A DNA stretch of 64,000 nt from an uncultured Gemmatimonadales bacterium (lineage in GTDB: Bacteria > Gemmatimonadota > Gemmatimonadetes > Longimicrobiales > RSA9): contig OY970192.1 in the NCBI GenBank assembly GCA_963708135.1, forward strand, positions 480,001 through 544,000, given 5' to 3'. A program made the translations under genes and the position numbers. Within the stretch, counting starts at the first letter, position 1. Each line of letters begins with the position of its first letter. Below the pieces are notes generated by a model that saw only the letters and a list, made by a program, of their open reading frames with translations, ran no database searches and was not told where the DNA came from. Positions 10,381-19,048 of this stretch are shown here, piece by piece.

Positions 10381-10935
10381 ATGAAGGTCTGCCCTTACTG
10401 CGCAGAAGAAGTGCAGGACGCGGCCGTCGTGTGCCGCCATTGCGGGCGTGCCCTGAAGGCCGGAAAGAGCAGAACGCTGCGTGGCATCGTGGGCAGTGGC
10501 GTCCTCATCGTGCTGCTTGGGATCGGGGGGCTGACCCTCCTCCGGGGCACGATTCAGCGTTCGCCTCTCGGCCATCTCGTCGTTACGCTGACGCCGGGCG
10601 AATCCGAAATTGCTCCACGGAACTACATGGAGTGGGCTTGGAGCGTTGACCCCCGCCGCCCCGACTGCCACGTCCATGCCGGCTTTCATGGGGTGGCAGG
10701 CGGGAACCGTGATTTCGAAGTCTATCTCTTCGACGGCAATGGCATGACCAACTGGAAGAACGGAACCCATCCGACCACATACTATAGCTCCGGCCGGGTT
10801 TCGGCTGCCACCGTGGATGCTGACATCCAGGGCAACGGACCAAAGTACCACCTCGTTGTGTCCAACGCCTTCTCTGTCGTCAGTTCAAAGACCGTCGAAC
10901 TCACGAGCGGACAGGTTACCTGCAGCGCTTTCTAA
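10381..10935 (+). CDS. Zinc-ribbon, single-TM membrane protein with beta-rich extracytoplasmic domain
   Basis: CPYCAEE...CRHCG followed by a hydrophobic helix; GGAGG RBS. Confidence 0.75.
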   Translation: MKVCPYCAEEVQDAAVVCRHCGRALKAGKSRTLRGIVGSGVLIVLLGIGGLTLLRGTIQRSPLGHLVVTLTPGESEIAPRNYMEWAWSVDPRRPDCHVHAGFHGVAGGNRDFEVYLFDGNGMTNWKNGTHPTTYYSSGRVSAATVDADIQGNGPKYHLVVSNAFSVVSSKTVELTSGQVTCSAF

Positions 10936-11017
10936 AACCACTGGCGGTCTTGCTGCGGCACGCGCTTGCCGACGGCTTCTTCTCCGCCGCGACGAACCTT
11001 GCAGGGGGGTGAGGCAG

Positions 11018-11935
11018 ATGGCCGAGCCGTTGGACTTTGACCTCCGCCTCCGCCTCGCGGTCTTTGCCCACGTGGACAACCTCCGTCGGAAGGGCGGCGG
11101 CGTGGTCACCTCGGCCGCCCTTAACGAAGGCTTCACCTTCGAGGGCGAGCGGGTCCCGATCTGGAACTACCAGAAGGGCATTTTCCGCCCGGCGGCCCTC
11201 CGCGACAGCGGCGTCGCCCTCACCGTCCAGACCTCCTTCAAGAGCCCATATGCGGACCGCAGCGACGCCGGCGACGACCGGTTCGTCTACAAGTACCGGG
11301 GCAAGAACCCGGACCACCCGGACAACGTCGCCTTGCGACGTGCGATGGAGACGCGGCGGCCGATCCTCTACCTCGTCGCCGTCCAGCCGGGCGTGTACCA
11401 GCCGATCTTCCCGACGTACGTGGTGGGCGACGTGCCGGAGCAGCTCTCCTTCCTGCTGATCGCGGACACGATCGGCGCGGTCGCGGCCGGGGCGCTGGAC
11501 CCCGCCGATGACTGGCCGCTGAAGGCGTACGTGACGCGCGAGGTGAAGGCGCGGCTGCACCAGCATCGCTTCCGCTACCTGGTGCTGCGGGCGTACCGGG
11601 AGCGGTGTGCGATGTGTCGCCTGCGGCACCCGGAGCTGCTCGATGCGGCGCACATCCGGCCGGACCGGGACGTGAGCGGGCTGCCGGAGGTGCCGAACGG
11701 GCTCGCGCTGTGCCGGATCCACCACGGCGCGTTCGACGTGGGGATCGTGGGCGTGGACGCGGACTACCGGGTGCACGTGCGAGGGGACGTGCTGGAGGAG
11801 ATCGACGGGCCGATGCTACGCCACGGGCTGCAGGAGCTCGACCGCGCGCGCCTCGCCGTGCCGCGCTCCGGGCGGCTCCAGCCCAACCGCGAGTACCTGG
11901 CGGAGCGGTTCGAGCGGTTCCGGAAGGCGGGGTGA
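11018..11935 (+). CDS. HNH endonuclease with SRA-like N-terminal domain (putative type IV restriction)
   Basis: FRYLVLRAYRERCAMC...LDAAHI...NGLALCRIHHGAFD; N-terminal YKYRG...DNVALR. Confidence 0.85.
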   Translation: MAEPLDFDLRLRLAVFAHVDNLRRKGGGVVTSAALNEGFTFEGERVPIWNYQKGIFRPAALRDSGVALTVQTSFKSPYADRSDAGDDRFVYKYRGKNPDHPDNVALRRAMETRRPILYLVAVQPGVYQPIFPTYVVGDVPEQLSFLLIADTIGAVAAGALDPADDWPLKAYVTREVKARLHQHRFRYLVLRAYRERCAMCRLRHPELLDAAHIRPDRDVSGLPEVPNGLALCRIHHGAFDVGIVGVDADYRVHVRGDVLEEIDGPMLRHGLQELDRARLAVPRSGRLQPNREYLAERFERFRKAG

Positions 11936-12063
11936 GGGCGAAGTCTGCCCGGCGGTTCCTCGCGTCCAGCTGAGCCTCCCGCCTTGATAGAGTCGGGCCC
12001 CGGCGTGCATGTTGTGGCCCGTCGGTGACTCGCGCCGGACAACGAAAGGACCCGAGAGCCCTG

Positions 12064-12363
12064 ATGCGCAGCCTTCCAATCGAGATCCCGCTCGGCCGAC
12101 TGGCCGATATCTGCCGGAGGTATCGGATCGCCCGGCTGGCGGTGTTCGGCTCGGTGCTGCGGGAGAGCTTCGGCCCGGAAAGCGATGTTGACGTGCTCGT
12201 CGAGTTCGAGCCGGGCCATACTCCCGGATTTGAGTTCTTCGCCATCCAGGAGCAGTTGGCGGGGCTGCTCGGACGGCCGGTGGATCTCCACACGCCTGCG
12301 TTCCTCAGCCCGTACTTCCGCGACGAGGTGCAGAGAGACGCTGAAGTCCTCTATGCCGCCTGA
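12064..12363 (+). CDS. Minimal nucleotidyltransferase (MNT antitoxin)
   Basis: VFGSVLRESFGPESDVDVLVEF (GS...DxD). Confidence 0.9.
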   Translation: MRSLPIEIPLGRLADICRRYRIARLAVFGSVLRESFGPESDVDVLVEFEPGHTPGFEFFAIQEQLAGLLGRPVDLHTPAFLSPYFRDEVQRDAEVLYAA

Positions 12364-12691
12364 CGAAGTCCGCCTCCGGCACATGCTCGACGCGGCCCGA
12401 AAGGCGGTCTCGTTCGCCCACGGGCGTACGCGCGCCGATCTCGACAGCGACGAGCAGCTCGCGCTCGCCCTCGTGCGTCTCCTCGAGATCCTCGGAGAGG
12501 CGGCGAAACAGGTCGGGAGCGCAACCCGCGACGCGCACGCGGATATTCCCTGGAAAGAGATCGCCGGCACCCGCGATCGACTGATCCACGGTTACTTCAA
12601 CGTTGACCTCGATGTGGTGTGGACGATCGTCGATTCGGACTTGCCACCGCTCGTGCGACGACTCGAGGACCTCATCGGGCCCGAGGCCTGA
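12353..12691 (+). CDS. DUF86/HepT-like HEPN toxin
   Basis: IPWKEIAGTRDRLIHGYF (Rx4HxY); overlaps the MNT gene. Confidence 0.9.
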   Translation: MPPDEVRLRHMLDAARKAVSFAHGRTRADLDSDEQLALALVRLLEILGEAAKQVGSATRDAHADIPWKEIAGTRDRLIHGYFNVDLDVVWTIVDSDLPPLVRRLEDLIGPEA

Positions 12692-13131
12692 TGTCCGGGA
12701 GCGCGCGGCAGACTAGCATGGCATCAGAGCGAAGGGACCGATCCGGTGCCTGCGCGTTCTGCCACCCCTCCACCCCCATCCTCCGCGCCCAAGACACGGC
12801 CCTCGCCTTCGCGGACGCCTTCCCCGTCTCCCCCGGCCACACCCTCGTCGTCCCCACCCGCCACGTGGCGAGCCTCTTCGAGCTGGCGCCGGACGAGTGG
12901 GACGCGGTCTGGCGGCTCGTCGCCGAAGTTCGGCGGGACCTCGCCGCGGCGGGCGGCATCGACGGCTTCAACATCGGCGTCAACGATGGCGCTGCGGCGG
13001 GGCAGACGGTCGGTCACGCGCACGTCCACATCATCCCGCGCCGCATGGGGGACGTCCCGGATCCGCGCGGAGGCATCCGGGCCGTGATCCCCGAACGAAC
13101 GGCGTGGTGGGCGGATGACGCCCCTGCGTAG
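12691..13131 (+). CDS. HIT-family nucleotide hydrolase
   Basis: CAFC, PVSPGHTLVVP, AGQTVGHAHVHIIPR (HxHxH). Confidence 0.92.
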   Translation: MSGSARQTSMASERRDRSGACAFCHPSTPILRAQDTALAFADAFPVSPGHTLVVPTRHVASLFELAPDEWDAVWRLVAEVRRDLAAAGGIDGFNIGVNDGAAAGQTVGHAHVHIIPRRMGDVPDPRGGIRAVIPERTAWWADDAPA

Positions 13132-14305
13132 CCGCCACGCGGACGAGCGCGGGCCGATCGCGCTCGCCGAGAAGATCCTCGCCCTGCTCGACGAGGGCCG
13201 CTTCACGGCCACGTACAAGTACGCCGTGCTGCTCGCGCTCATGGACGTCTGTCTCGAGAACACCTCCGCGACGGGCGCGGCGCCGGAGATGATCACCACA
13301 CGACAGCTCGCCGAGGCCGTCGTCAACATCTACTGGCCGCATACCGCTCCCTTCCGGATCGCGCCCTCGCCGAAGGTGCTCCTCCAGAACGCGGGGCGAC
13401 GCGAGAGTCAGGCGGAGATCATCCGCGCCATTGCGGTCTTCCGGCACAGGAGCGCGCCCGATCCGTCCACGCCCCTGCTGCGGGCCCGGACGGGAGCGCG
13501 TGCGGCCTTCGAGCGGCTCCTCCGCACGGTCGAATGGAAGCTGATCGAGATGCCGCTGCCGAGGCTCCAGCGGTTCGGTCGACGCGAGGACCGGTTCCTC
13601 TACTCGATCGGCTGGGATCAGCACATTCGCGTTGGCGAGGTCCGCGAGTACCAGAAGGGAAGCCGGAGCTCGTTCGACAACCGGATCCACCTCGCCCCCG
13701 GCGTCGGCGATGGCCTCGTCGTGCTGAACGGGCTCCTGCGGCCGTTGATCCACCGGCAGTGGGCGGGGCTCGTCGCCCGGCTGAACGGACTCGAGGAGTC
13801 GCGGCTCGAGGAGTTCCTCTTCGGCCCCCGCCGAATTCCACTCGACCCGGTGCGATTGCCGCTCCAGGAGCTGCAGGCCGACCGGTGCTTCTATTGTGGG
13901 GAGCGACTTCGCGACGCAGATGGTTATCGGCCGCACGTCAACCATTTCGTGCCATGGGCGAGGTACCCGAACAACGCGATCGAAAACCTGGTCGTGGCGC
14001 ACGAGCGGTGCAACACCAACAAGCGCGATCACCTCGCGGCGGCGGATCACGTCGAGCGCTGGCGGTCGCGTTTCGGGGATTCGAGCGGCGGGGCGGGTGC
14101 CGTCGCCGACATCGCCTCGAGGGCCGGATGGGAAACCGACCCCGAGCGGAGTCTCGGGGTGGCACGCGGCGTGTACCTGCCGCTGCCGGAGGCGTTTCCG
14201 CTGTGGCTGCGGACCGAGATGTTCGTGCCCTGTGACCGCGAGCAGGTGGCCTCCGCGCTCGCGGATAGCCACCCTTCTCCAGACATCGAGCGCCCATACG
14301 GCTGA
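13115..14305 (+). CDS. HNH endonuclease domain protein
   Basis: ATYKYAVLLAL N-terminus; CFYCG...HVNHFVPW...ENLVVAHERCNTNK. Confidence 0.8.
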   Translation: MTPLRSRHADERGPIALAEKILALLDEGRFTATYKYAVLLALMDVCLENTSATGAAPEMITTRQLAEAVVNIYWPHTAPFRIAPSPKVLLQNAGRRESQAEIIRAIAVFRHRSAPDPSTPLLRARTGARAAFERLLRTVEWKLIEMPLPRLQRFGRREDRFLYSIGWDQHIRVGEVREYQKGSRSSFDNRIHLAPGVGDGLVVLNGLLRPLIHRQWAGLVARLNGLEESRLEEFLFGPRRIPLDPVRLPLQELQADRCFYCGERLRDADGYRPHVNHFVPWARYPNNAIENLVVAHERCNTNKRDHLAAADHVERWRSRFGDSSGGAGAVADIASRAGWETDPERSLGVARGVYLPLPEAFPLWLRTEMFVPCDREQVASALADSHPSPDIERPYG

Positions 14306-14306
14306 A

Positions 14307-14612
14307 ATGGACTACGACCTCCGCCTCCGCCTCGCCGTCTTCGCTCACGTCGACCGCCTCCGGACCCAGGAGGGCGGCGTCGTCACCGCCGCGGCCCTCA
14401 ACGAGGGCCTGCTCTTCGAGGGCGAACGCATCCCGATCTGGAACCAGCAGAAGGGGATCTTCCGGCCGGCGGCCCTCCGCGACAGCGGCATCGCGCTCAC
14501 CGTCCAGACGTCGTTCAGGAGTCCGTACGCGGATCGCGCCGAGGCGGGCGACGATCGGTTCGTCTACAAGTACCGTGGGCGGGATCCGGAGCATCCGGAC
14601 AACGTCGCCTTG
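14307..14612 (+). pseudogene. 5' fragment of a paralogue of the 11018 HNH gene
   Basis: MDYDLRLRLAVFAHVD...HPDNVAL closely matches 11033-11335, then similarity ends abruptly. Confidence 0.85.
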
Positions 14613-14690
14613 GGAGAGATTGAGCCTGGCCGCGCGGATTCCCGCCATTCGGGGTGCGGGTTTACGGCGAGAGCGGCGTGGTACGGGACA

Positions 14691-14713
14691 TTGTCGTTGC
14701 ACGGTTGTATAGT
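14691..14713 (+). promoter_or_regulatory. Promoter resembling the PafBC-activated RecA-NDp motif
   Basis: tTGTCGttg-N8-TAtagT, 17 bp upstream of ATG 14731. Confidence 0.4.
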
Positions 14714-14730
14714 AGGCGCTCACCTGTCCC

Positions 14731-15678
14731 ATGCTGGACGGCAATGGAGGGGTCCTGACCAGGCACGAGATTCGACTGGAAGGTCCACGGACCCGGGGTA
14801 CGGCCATCTCGGCGGAGCTGCTCCGGGGCGTCCTGGACGTGGTTCTCGAGGGGAGCAGGCGCGCCGTTCGGATGCGCACGCAGGGGCGTAGCTCCGCTCC
14901 GGGAGCTTCGCCTCGCTGGATCGACGCCGCAGCGGACTACACCGTCGAGCTGAGACCCGGATCGACGGTGTTGGAGTTCGAGATTCCGTCGCTGCTCGAA
15001 GCGGCGCCGGAAACGTTCGGTCAGGCCGATTTCCTCTCGGATCTCGATCCGCATCAGTCGAGCTTCCACTACTTCGCGGAGAGCCTTGCCGCCGCCGTCG
15101 AGGGGAAGCGGGACTCGACGCTCTATGACCGCGGCCTGCTGGACGTGTTCCGCCGACTCGACGATGTGCTCGACCAGGGCGCGACGCGGATTACGGTGGA
15201 GGATGATCGCAGGATCGTGATCACGAAATCCGATCTTCAGGCATTGGCCAACCTGGAGGCGGAGATTCCGGAACCGCAGTACGTCAAGGTGACGGGTAGG
15301 CTCGACCAGATCCGTGCCAGTGACAGGACGTTCACCCTTCTCTCGACGAGCCGGAATCAGACCCTCAAAGGCATTGCCGAGCCGCGCCACCGGCAGCAGC
15401 TACAGGCGCTCTGGGGAAAGACCGTTATGGTTGGCGGCATGGCCCATTTCACTCCGGCCGGTGGCCTGCTGCGCCTCGATGCGGACCGGCTCCGCGAAGC
15501 TTCGCCACGGGAAGAGTCGCTCTGGGATGTAGCGCCCCGAAGCCTGGGTACGACCATTCGCAGTGCGCAGCTCAGGGTCCCGCAGGGGGCGCGTTCCGGA
15601 CTCAACGCCATTTTCGGCAAATGGCCCGGAGCCGAGCCGGACGAGCAGATCCTGGAGGCGCTGGAGCAGCTTTCGTGA
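14731..15678 (+). CDS. Hypothetical protein with antitoxin-like acidic C-terminal tail
   Basis: 315 aa ORF ending GKWPGAEPDEQILEALEQLS; GTGA overlap with the PIN gene. Confidence 0.75.
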   Translation: MLDGNGGVLTRHEIRLEGPRTRGTAISAELLRGVLDVVLEGSRRAVRMRTQGRSSAPGASPRWIDAAADYTVELRPGSTVLEFEIPSLLEAAPETFGQADFLSDLDPHQSSFHYFAESLAAAVEGKRDSTLYDRGLLDVFRRLDDVLDQGATRITVEDDRRIVITKSDLQALANLEAEIPEPQYVKVTGRLDQIRASDRTFTLLSTSRNQTLKGIAEPRHRQQLQALWGKTVMVGGMAHFTPAGGLLRLDADRLREASPREESLWDVAPRSLGTTIRSAQLRVPQGARSGLNAIFGKWPGAEPDEQILEALEQLS

Positions 15679-16136
15679 TCCCGGAGGGGCTGGTGCTCCT
15701 GGACACGGCCGTTCTGATCCAGCTCGTGCGCGGAAATGCGGCTGGGCGGAAGATCGACCAGCAGCTGGAGCTGTCGGCGCGCAGTGACCGTCCCCTGATC
15801 TCGGTGGTGACCGTCGGAGAAGTTCGCGCTTTTGCGCTCAAGCTGGGTTGGGGTGAAGCGAAGCAGCGGCAGCTCACCGAGCTCGTTCGCCAACTCGTTA
15901 TCCTCGACATCAGGGACGATGCAGTTCTCGCGCGCTACGCGGAGATCGATTACTACTCCGAGCGTGAGGTGAAGCCGGCGCGGCCGATCGGACAGAACGA
16001 CACCTGGATTGCCGCCTCGGCGTCCGTCTACGAGGCTCACCTCATTACCTCCGACAACGATTTCGACCATCTCGTACCGCGCTTCATCTCGCGGACGAAG
16101 GTGGACGCCGGTACGGGCGAGGTCGTCGATTCATGA
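15675..16136 (+). CDS. PIN-domain (VapC-like) ribonuclease
   Basis: LLDTAVLI, TVGE, GQNDTWIAA, LITSDNDF. Confidence 0.9.
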   Translation: MIPEGLVLLDTAVLIQLVRGNAAGRKIDQQLELSARSDRPLISVVTVGEVRAFALKLGWGEAKQRQLTELVRQLVILDIRDDAVLARYAEIDYYSEREVKPARPIGQNDTWIAASASVYEAHLITSDNDFDHLVPRFISRTKVDAGTGEVVDS

Positions 16137-16385
16137 AGGCGGAGTGGTTCGCGGGCCCGCTTCACGACCGCCATGATCCGGGCCGCACGTCCATGTCATT
16201 CCGCGCCGGACGGGGGATGGGGGGATCTACCTGCCGCTACCCACCGAATTCCCCCTGTGGGTGAGCAGCCGGAAGTTCGTGGGCTCCGAGCCGGAGCTGC
16301 TCGGGCAGTTGCTGGCCTAGGACTCTGCGATGGCTCGTCGTGCACAGGAGGTCCGCATGCCGCGTAGCGGTGGCGTGGTCGAATC

Positions 16386-17315
16386 ATGAACGCCTTCGTC
16401 GCCATCACGGACCGCGACTGGTTCGACTTCCTGGCCGCCTTGCCGGAGGTCGATGAGGTCAACTTCTGGCAGCCGAGTGCGGGCGGCGGACGCTTCCGGG
16501 CGCTGCGGCGAGGCGAGCCGCTGCTCTTCAAGCTCCGCGCACCCATCAACAAGATCGTCGGCGGTGGGTTCTTCGAGCACTACACAACGTTGCCGTTCAG
16601 CCTTGCCTGGCGTGCGTTCGGTCCGAAGAACGGGACAGCCACGCAGCAGGACTTCTGGAATCGAATCGCGCGGCTTCGGCGCGAGCCGATGGCGTCGTGG
16701 GAGGATCCGGACGTGGGCTGCATTCTGCTTGTCGAGCCGTTCTTCTGGCCCCCGGAGCTCTGGATCGACCAACCCGCTGACTGGCACCCGAACATCCAGC
16801 GCGGCCGGACCTACGACCTGCAGGTGCAGCCCGGCCGGTCCCTGTGGCGAGAGGTCGTGGACCGGCTTCAGGCATCGACAGCCCGGCCCGGTGTTGAGAG
16901 CACCGACCTCGGCGGCGGCTGGAGCGAGCCGGTCCCGCAGCGTCGCCGCCTGGGTCAGGGGACGTTCCAGGCGGTCGTGCTGGACGCATACGGACGGCGA
17001 TGCGCCATCACCGGCGAGAAGGCCGTGCCGGCACTCGATGCCGCCCACATCCGACCGTTCGCCGAGAAGCCGATGCACGAGCTCACCAATGGACTCCTTC
17101 TCCGCAGCGATGTCCATCGGCTTTTCGATGCCGGCTACATCACCGTCACCCCGGAATACCGCGTCGAGGCGAGTCATCGAATGCGTGAAGACTTTAACGA
17201 CGGCCAGAACTACTTGCGGTTGCACGGGAAGCGCGTAAGCGTGCCGAGCGCGGAGGACGAGCGTCCCAGCAGAGAGGCGCTCGCCTGGCACAACGAGAAC
17301 CGGTTCAGGGGGTGA
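16386..17315 (+). CDS. HNH endonuclease (COG3440-like, possible PUA/EVE-like N-terminus)
   Basis: RLGQGTFQAVVLDAYGRRCAITG...LDAAHIRP...NGLLLRSDVHRLFD. Confidence 0.88.
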   Translation: MNAFVAITDRDWFDFLAALPEVDEVNFWQPSAGGGRFRALRRGEPLLFKLRAPINKIVGGGFFEHYTTLPFSLAWRAFGPKNGTATQQDFWNRIARLRREPMASWEDPDVGCILLVEPFFWPPELWIDQPADWHPNIQRGRTYDLQVQPGRSLWREVVDRLQASTARPGVESTDLGGGWSEPVPQRRRLGQGTFQAVVLDAYGRRCAITGEKAVPALDAAHIRPFAEKPMHELTNGLLLRSDVHRLFDAGYITVTPEYRVEASHRMREDFNDGQNYLRLHGKRVSVPSAEDERPSREALAWHNENRFRG

Positions 17316-17324
17316 ACAGCGTCC

Positions 17325-17429
17325 CAGGAGCTCGACCGCGCGCGGCTGGTGGTGCCGCGCTCCGCGCGGCTGCGGCCGAATCGGGAGTCCCTGGCGGAGC
17401 GGTTCGAGGGGTTCCGGAAGGCGGGGTGA
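17325..17429 (+). pseudogene. 3' fragment of the paralogue of the 11018 HNH gene
   Basis: caggagctcgaccgcgcgcg...gttccggaaggcggggtga matches 11831-11935, including the stop codon. Confidence 0.85.
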
Positions 17430-17526
17430 TGGCCGCCTCACCCTGCTCGGTGCCGCCAGTACCCCGGTCGGCGCCGGTGGTGGGCGACGGCGAAGATGGT
17501 CGCCTGGCCACCCGCCTCGATCCTAG

Positions 17527-18156
17527 GCCGCGCTCGCGAGCGGGCGGATGGGCACGCGCGAGATCCGGCTGAACGATAGCAAGGGCTGCGGCGGCGTCAT
17601 GCGCGCGGCGCCGGCCGGGCTCGTCGGCGCGCCCGACCCGTTCACCCTCGGATGCGACGCCGCCGCAATCACGCACTCGCACCCGACCGGCTACGTCGCC
17701 GCCGGCTTCCTGGCGCTCGTCATCGACCGGCTGGTCGCGGATGAGCCGCTGGAGTACGCCGTGGCCGAGGGGATCAAGCGGCTCGAGCGGCTCGAGCATC
17801 TCGAGCGCGAGCCCGACGCGGAGGCGGAGGTGGAGGAGACGCGCCGGGCCGTTACCCGCGCCGTCGAGCTGGCCGGGCGAGGCGCGCCGTCGGCGGAGGC
17901 GCTGGCGACGCTGGGTGGCGGCTGGACCGCCGAAGAGGCCCTCGCCATCGCGCTGTGCGCCAGCCTCGCGCATCCGCGCGACCTCGAGGCCGGCATCGCG
18001 CTGGCCGTGAACCACTCCGGCGACTCCGACAGCACCGGCGCCATCGCCGGCAACCTGCTCGGCGCCGCGCTGGGCCGCACGGCCATCCCCGCCCGCTGGC
18101 TCGAGCTCCTCGAGCTGCGGGAGGTGATCGAGCAGGTGGCGTCGGACCTGGCCTGA
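17527..18156 (+). pseudogene. ADP-ribosylglycohydrolase (DraG/ARH), N-terminally truncated
   Basis: NDSKGCGGVMRAAP, ITH, GDSDSTGAIAG present; N-terminal GDALG/TDD motifs absent; in-frame stop at 17524. Confidence 0.75.
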
Positions 18157-18199
18157 TTACGGCCGCGGGCAAGCCGGCCACGGACCTCCCGGACGGAAA

Positions 18200-18700
18200 T
18201 CCCGAACCGCATCGGCGCGGGGGGGCCGAAGCCGCGGACCTTCGACGATCCGGGGCTCGAGGTGCTGCGGCGCCGGGGCCACGAGCACGAGCAGGCGTAC
18301 CTGACCGGGCTTGAGGCCAACGGCTTGACGGTGGCGGAGTCCGTGGGCGCAGATCGGGCCGCCCCCGCGGAGCAGCGGTGGCGGCGCGGCGCGGAGGGGG
18401 CGGCGGACGCGATGCGCGCGGGCGCCGGCGTCGTCTACCAGGGGGTGCCGTTCGACGGCACGTGGCTGGGGAAGCCCGACTTCCTCGTGCGGGTCGAGCG
18501 GCCGAGGACGCGCCGAGCACGCGCCGCGCGGCATGGATTTCCTCTACGGCCCGAACCGGCTGAGCGTGGCGACGTCGCGCGCGCAATGCCTGGCGATCAT
18601 CGTCGCCAGCCCGGCCATCTTCACGCCCGACTGCCGGACGCCCGCCCAGATGCGGCTGGCCAACGCGTTCTGCCGGTTCGCGGAGCTGACGAGGGCGGGT
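18200..18700 (+). pseudogene. TM0106-like RecB-nuclease/helicase remnant with large internal deletion
   Basis: N-terminal DDPGLEVLRRRGHEHEQAYL...GKPDFLVRV joined near 18505, in another frame, to C-terminal APRGMDFLYGPNRLSVATSRAQCL...QMRLANAFCRF. Confidence 0.7.
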
Positions 18701-19048
18701 GGGGGTGAGCGGGCGGGCGGCGGCGAACCTTTCTGCACGCGCGTGTCGCCTCCGCGGCTCCTCGCGCACTTTGGGCGGCCATGCAGACCAAAGTCCCGTC
18801 GGCCTCCGCCCCGTCGTGCGCGCGGAACGGACTTTGGTCTGCATGCGCGTCGTTTCTGCGAGAGGGGTCCGCGCGGCGCGACGATCGGGGGGTTTGGTTC
18901 GCGCAGGCGACGCCGCCGCGGCCCCGCGGAGGTCGAGGTCGTGCGGCGGCCCGCGCTCGAGTCGCCGCCCGCCCTTGACTCCGCGCCCGCCCGCGCGGCA
19001 ACCTTGAGCCCCTGACCTGCCGTCGCCCCGTTCTGGAGGAGCGGTCCC

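Noticed and set aside
13896..14891. 331-aa ORF as a real gene
   Set aside because: Chimera of an off-frame HNH overlap, the 14307 pseudogene fragment and intergenic read-through
10197..17429. Integron cassette array
   Set aside because: No intI and no convincing RYYYAAC...GTTRRRY attC sites found between genes by eye
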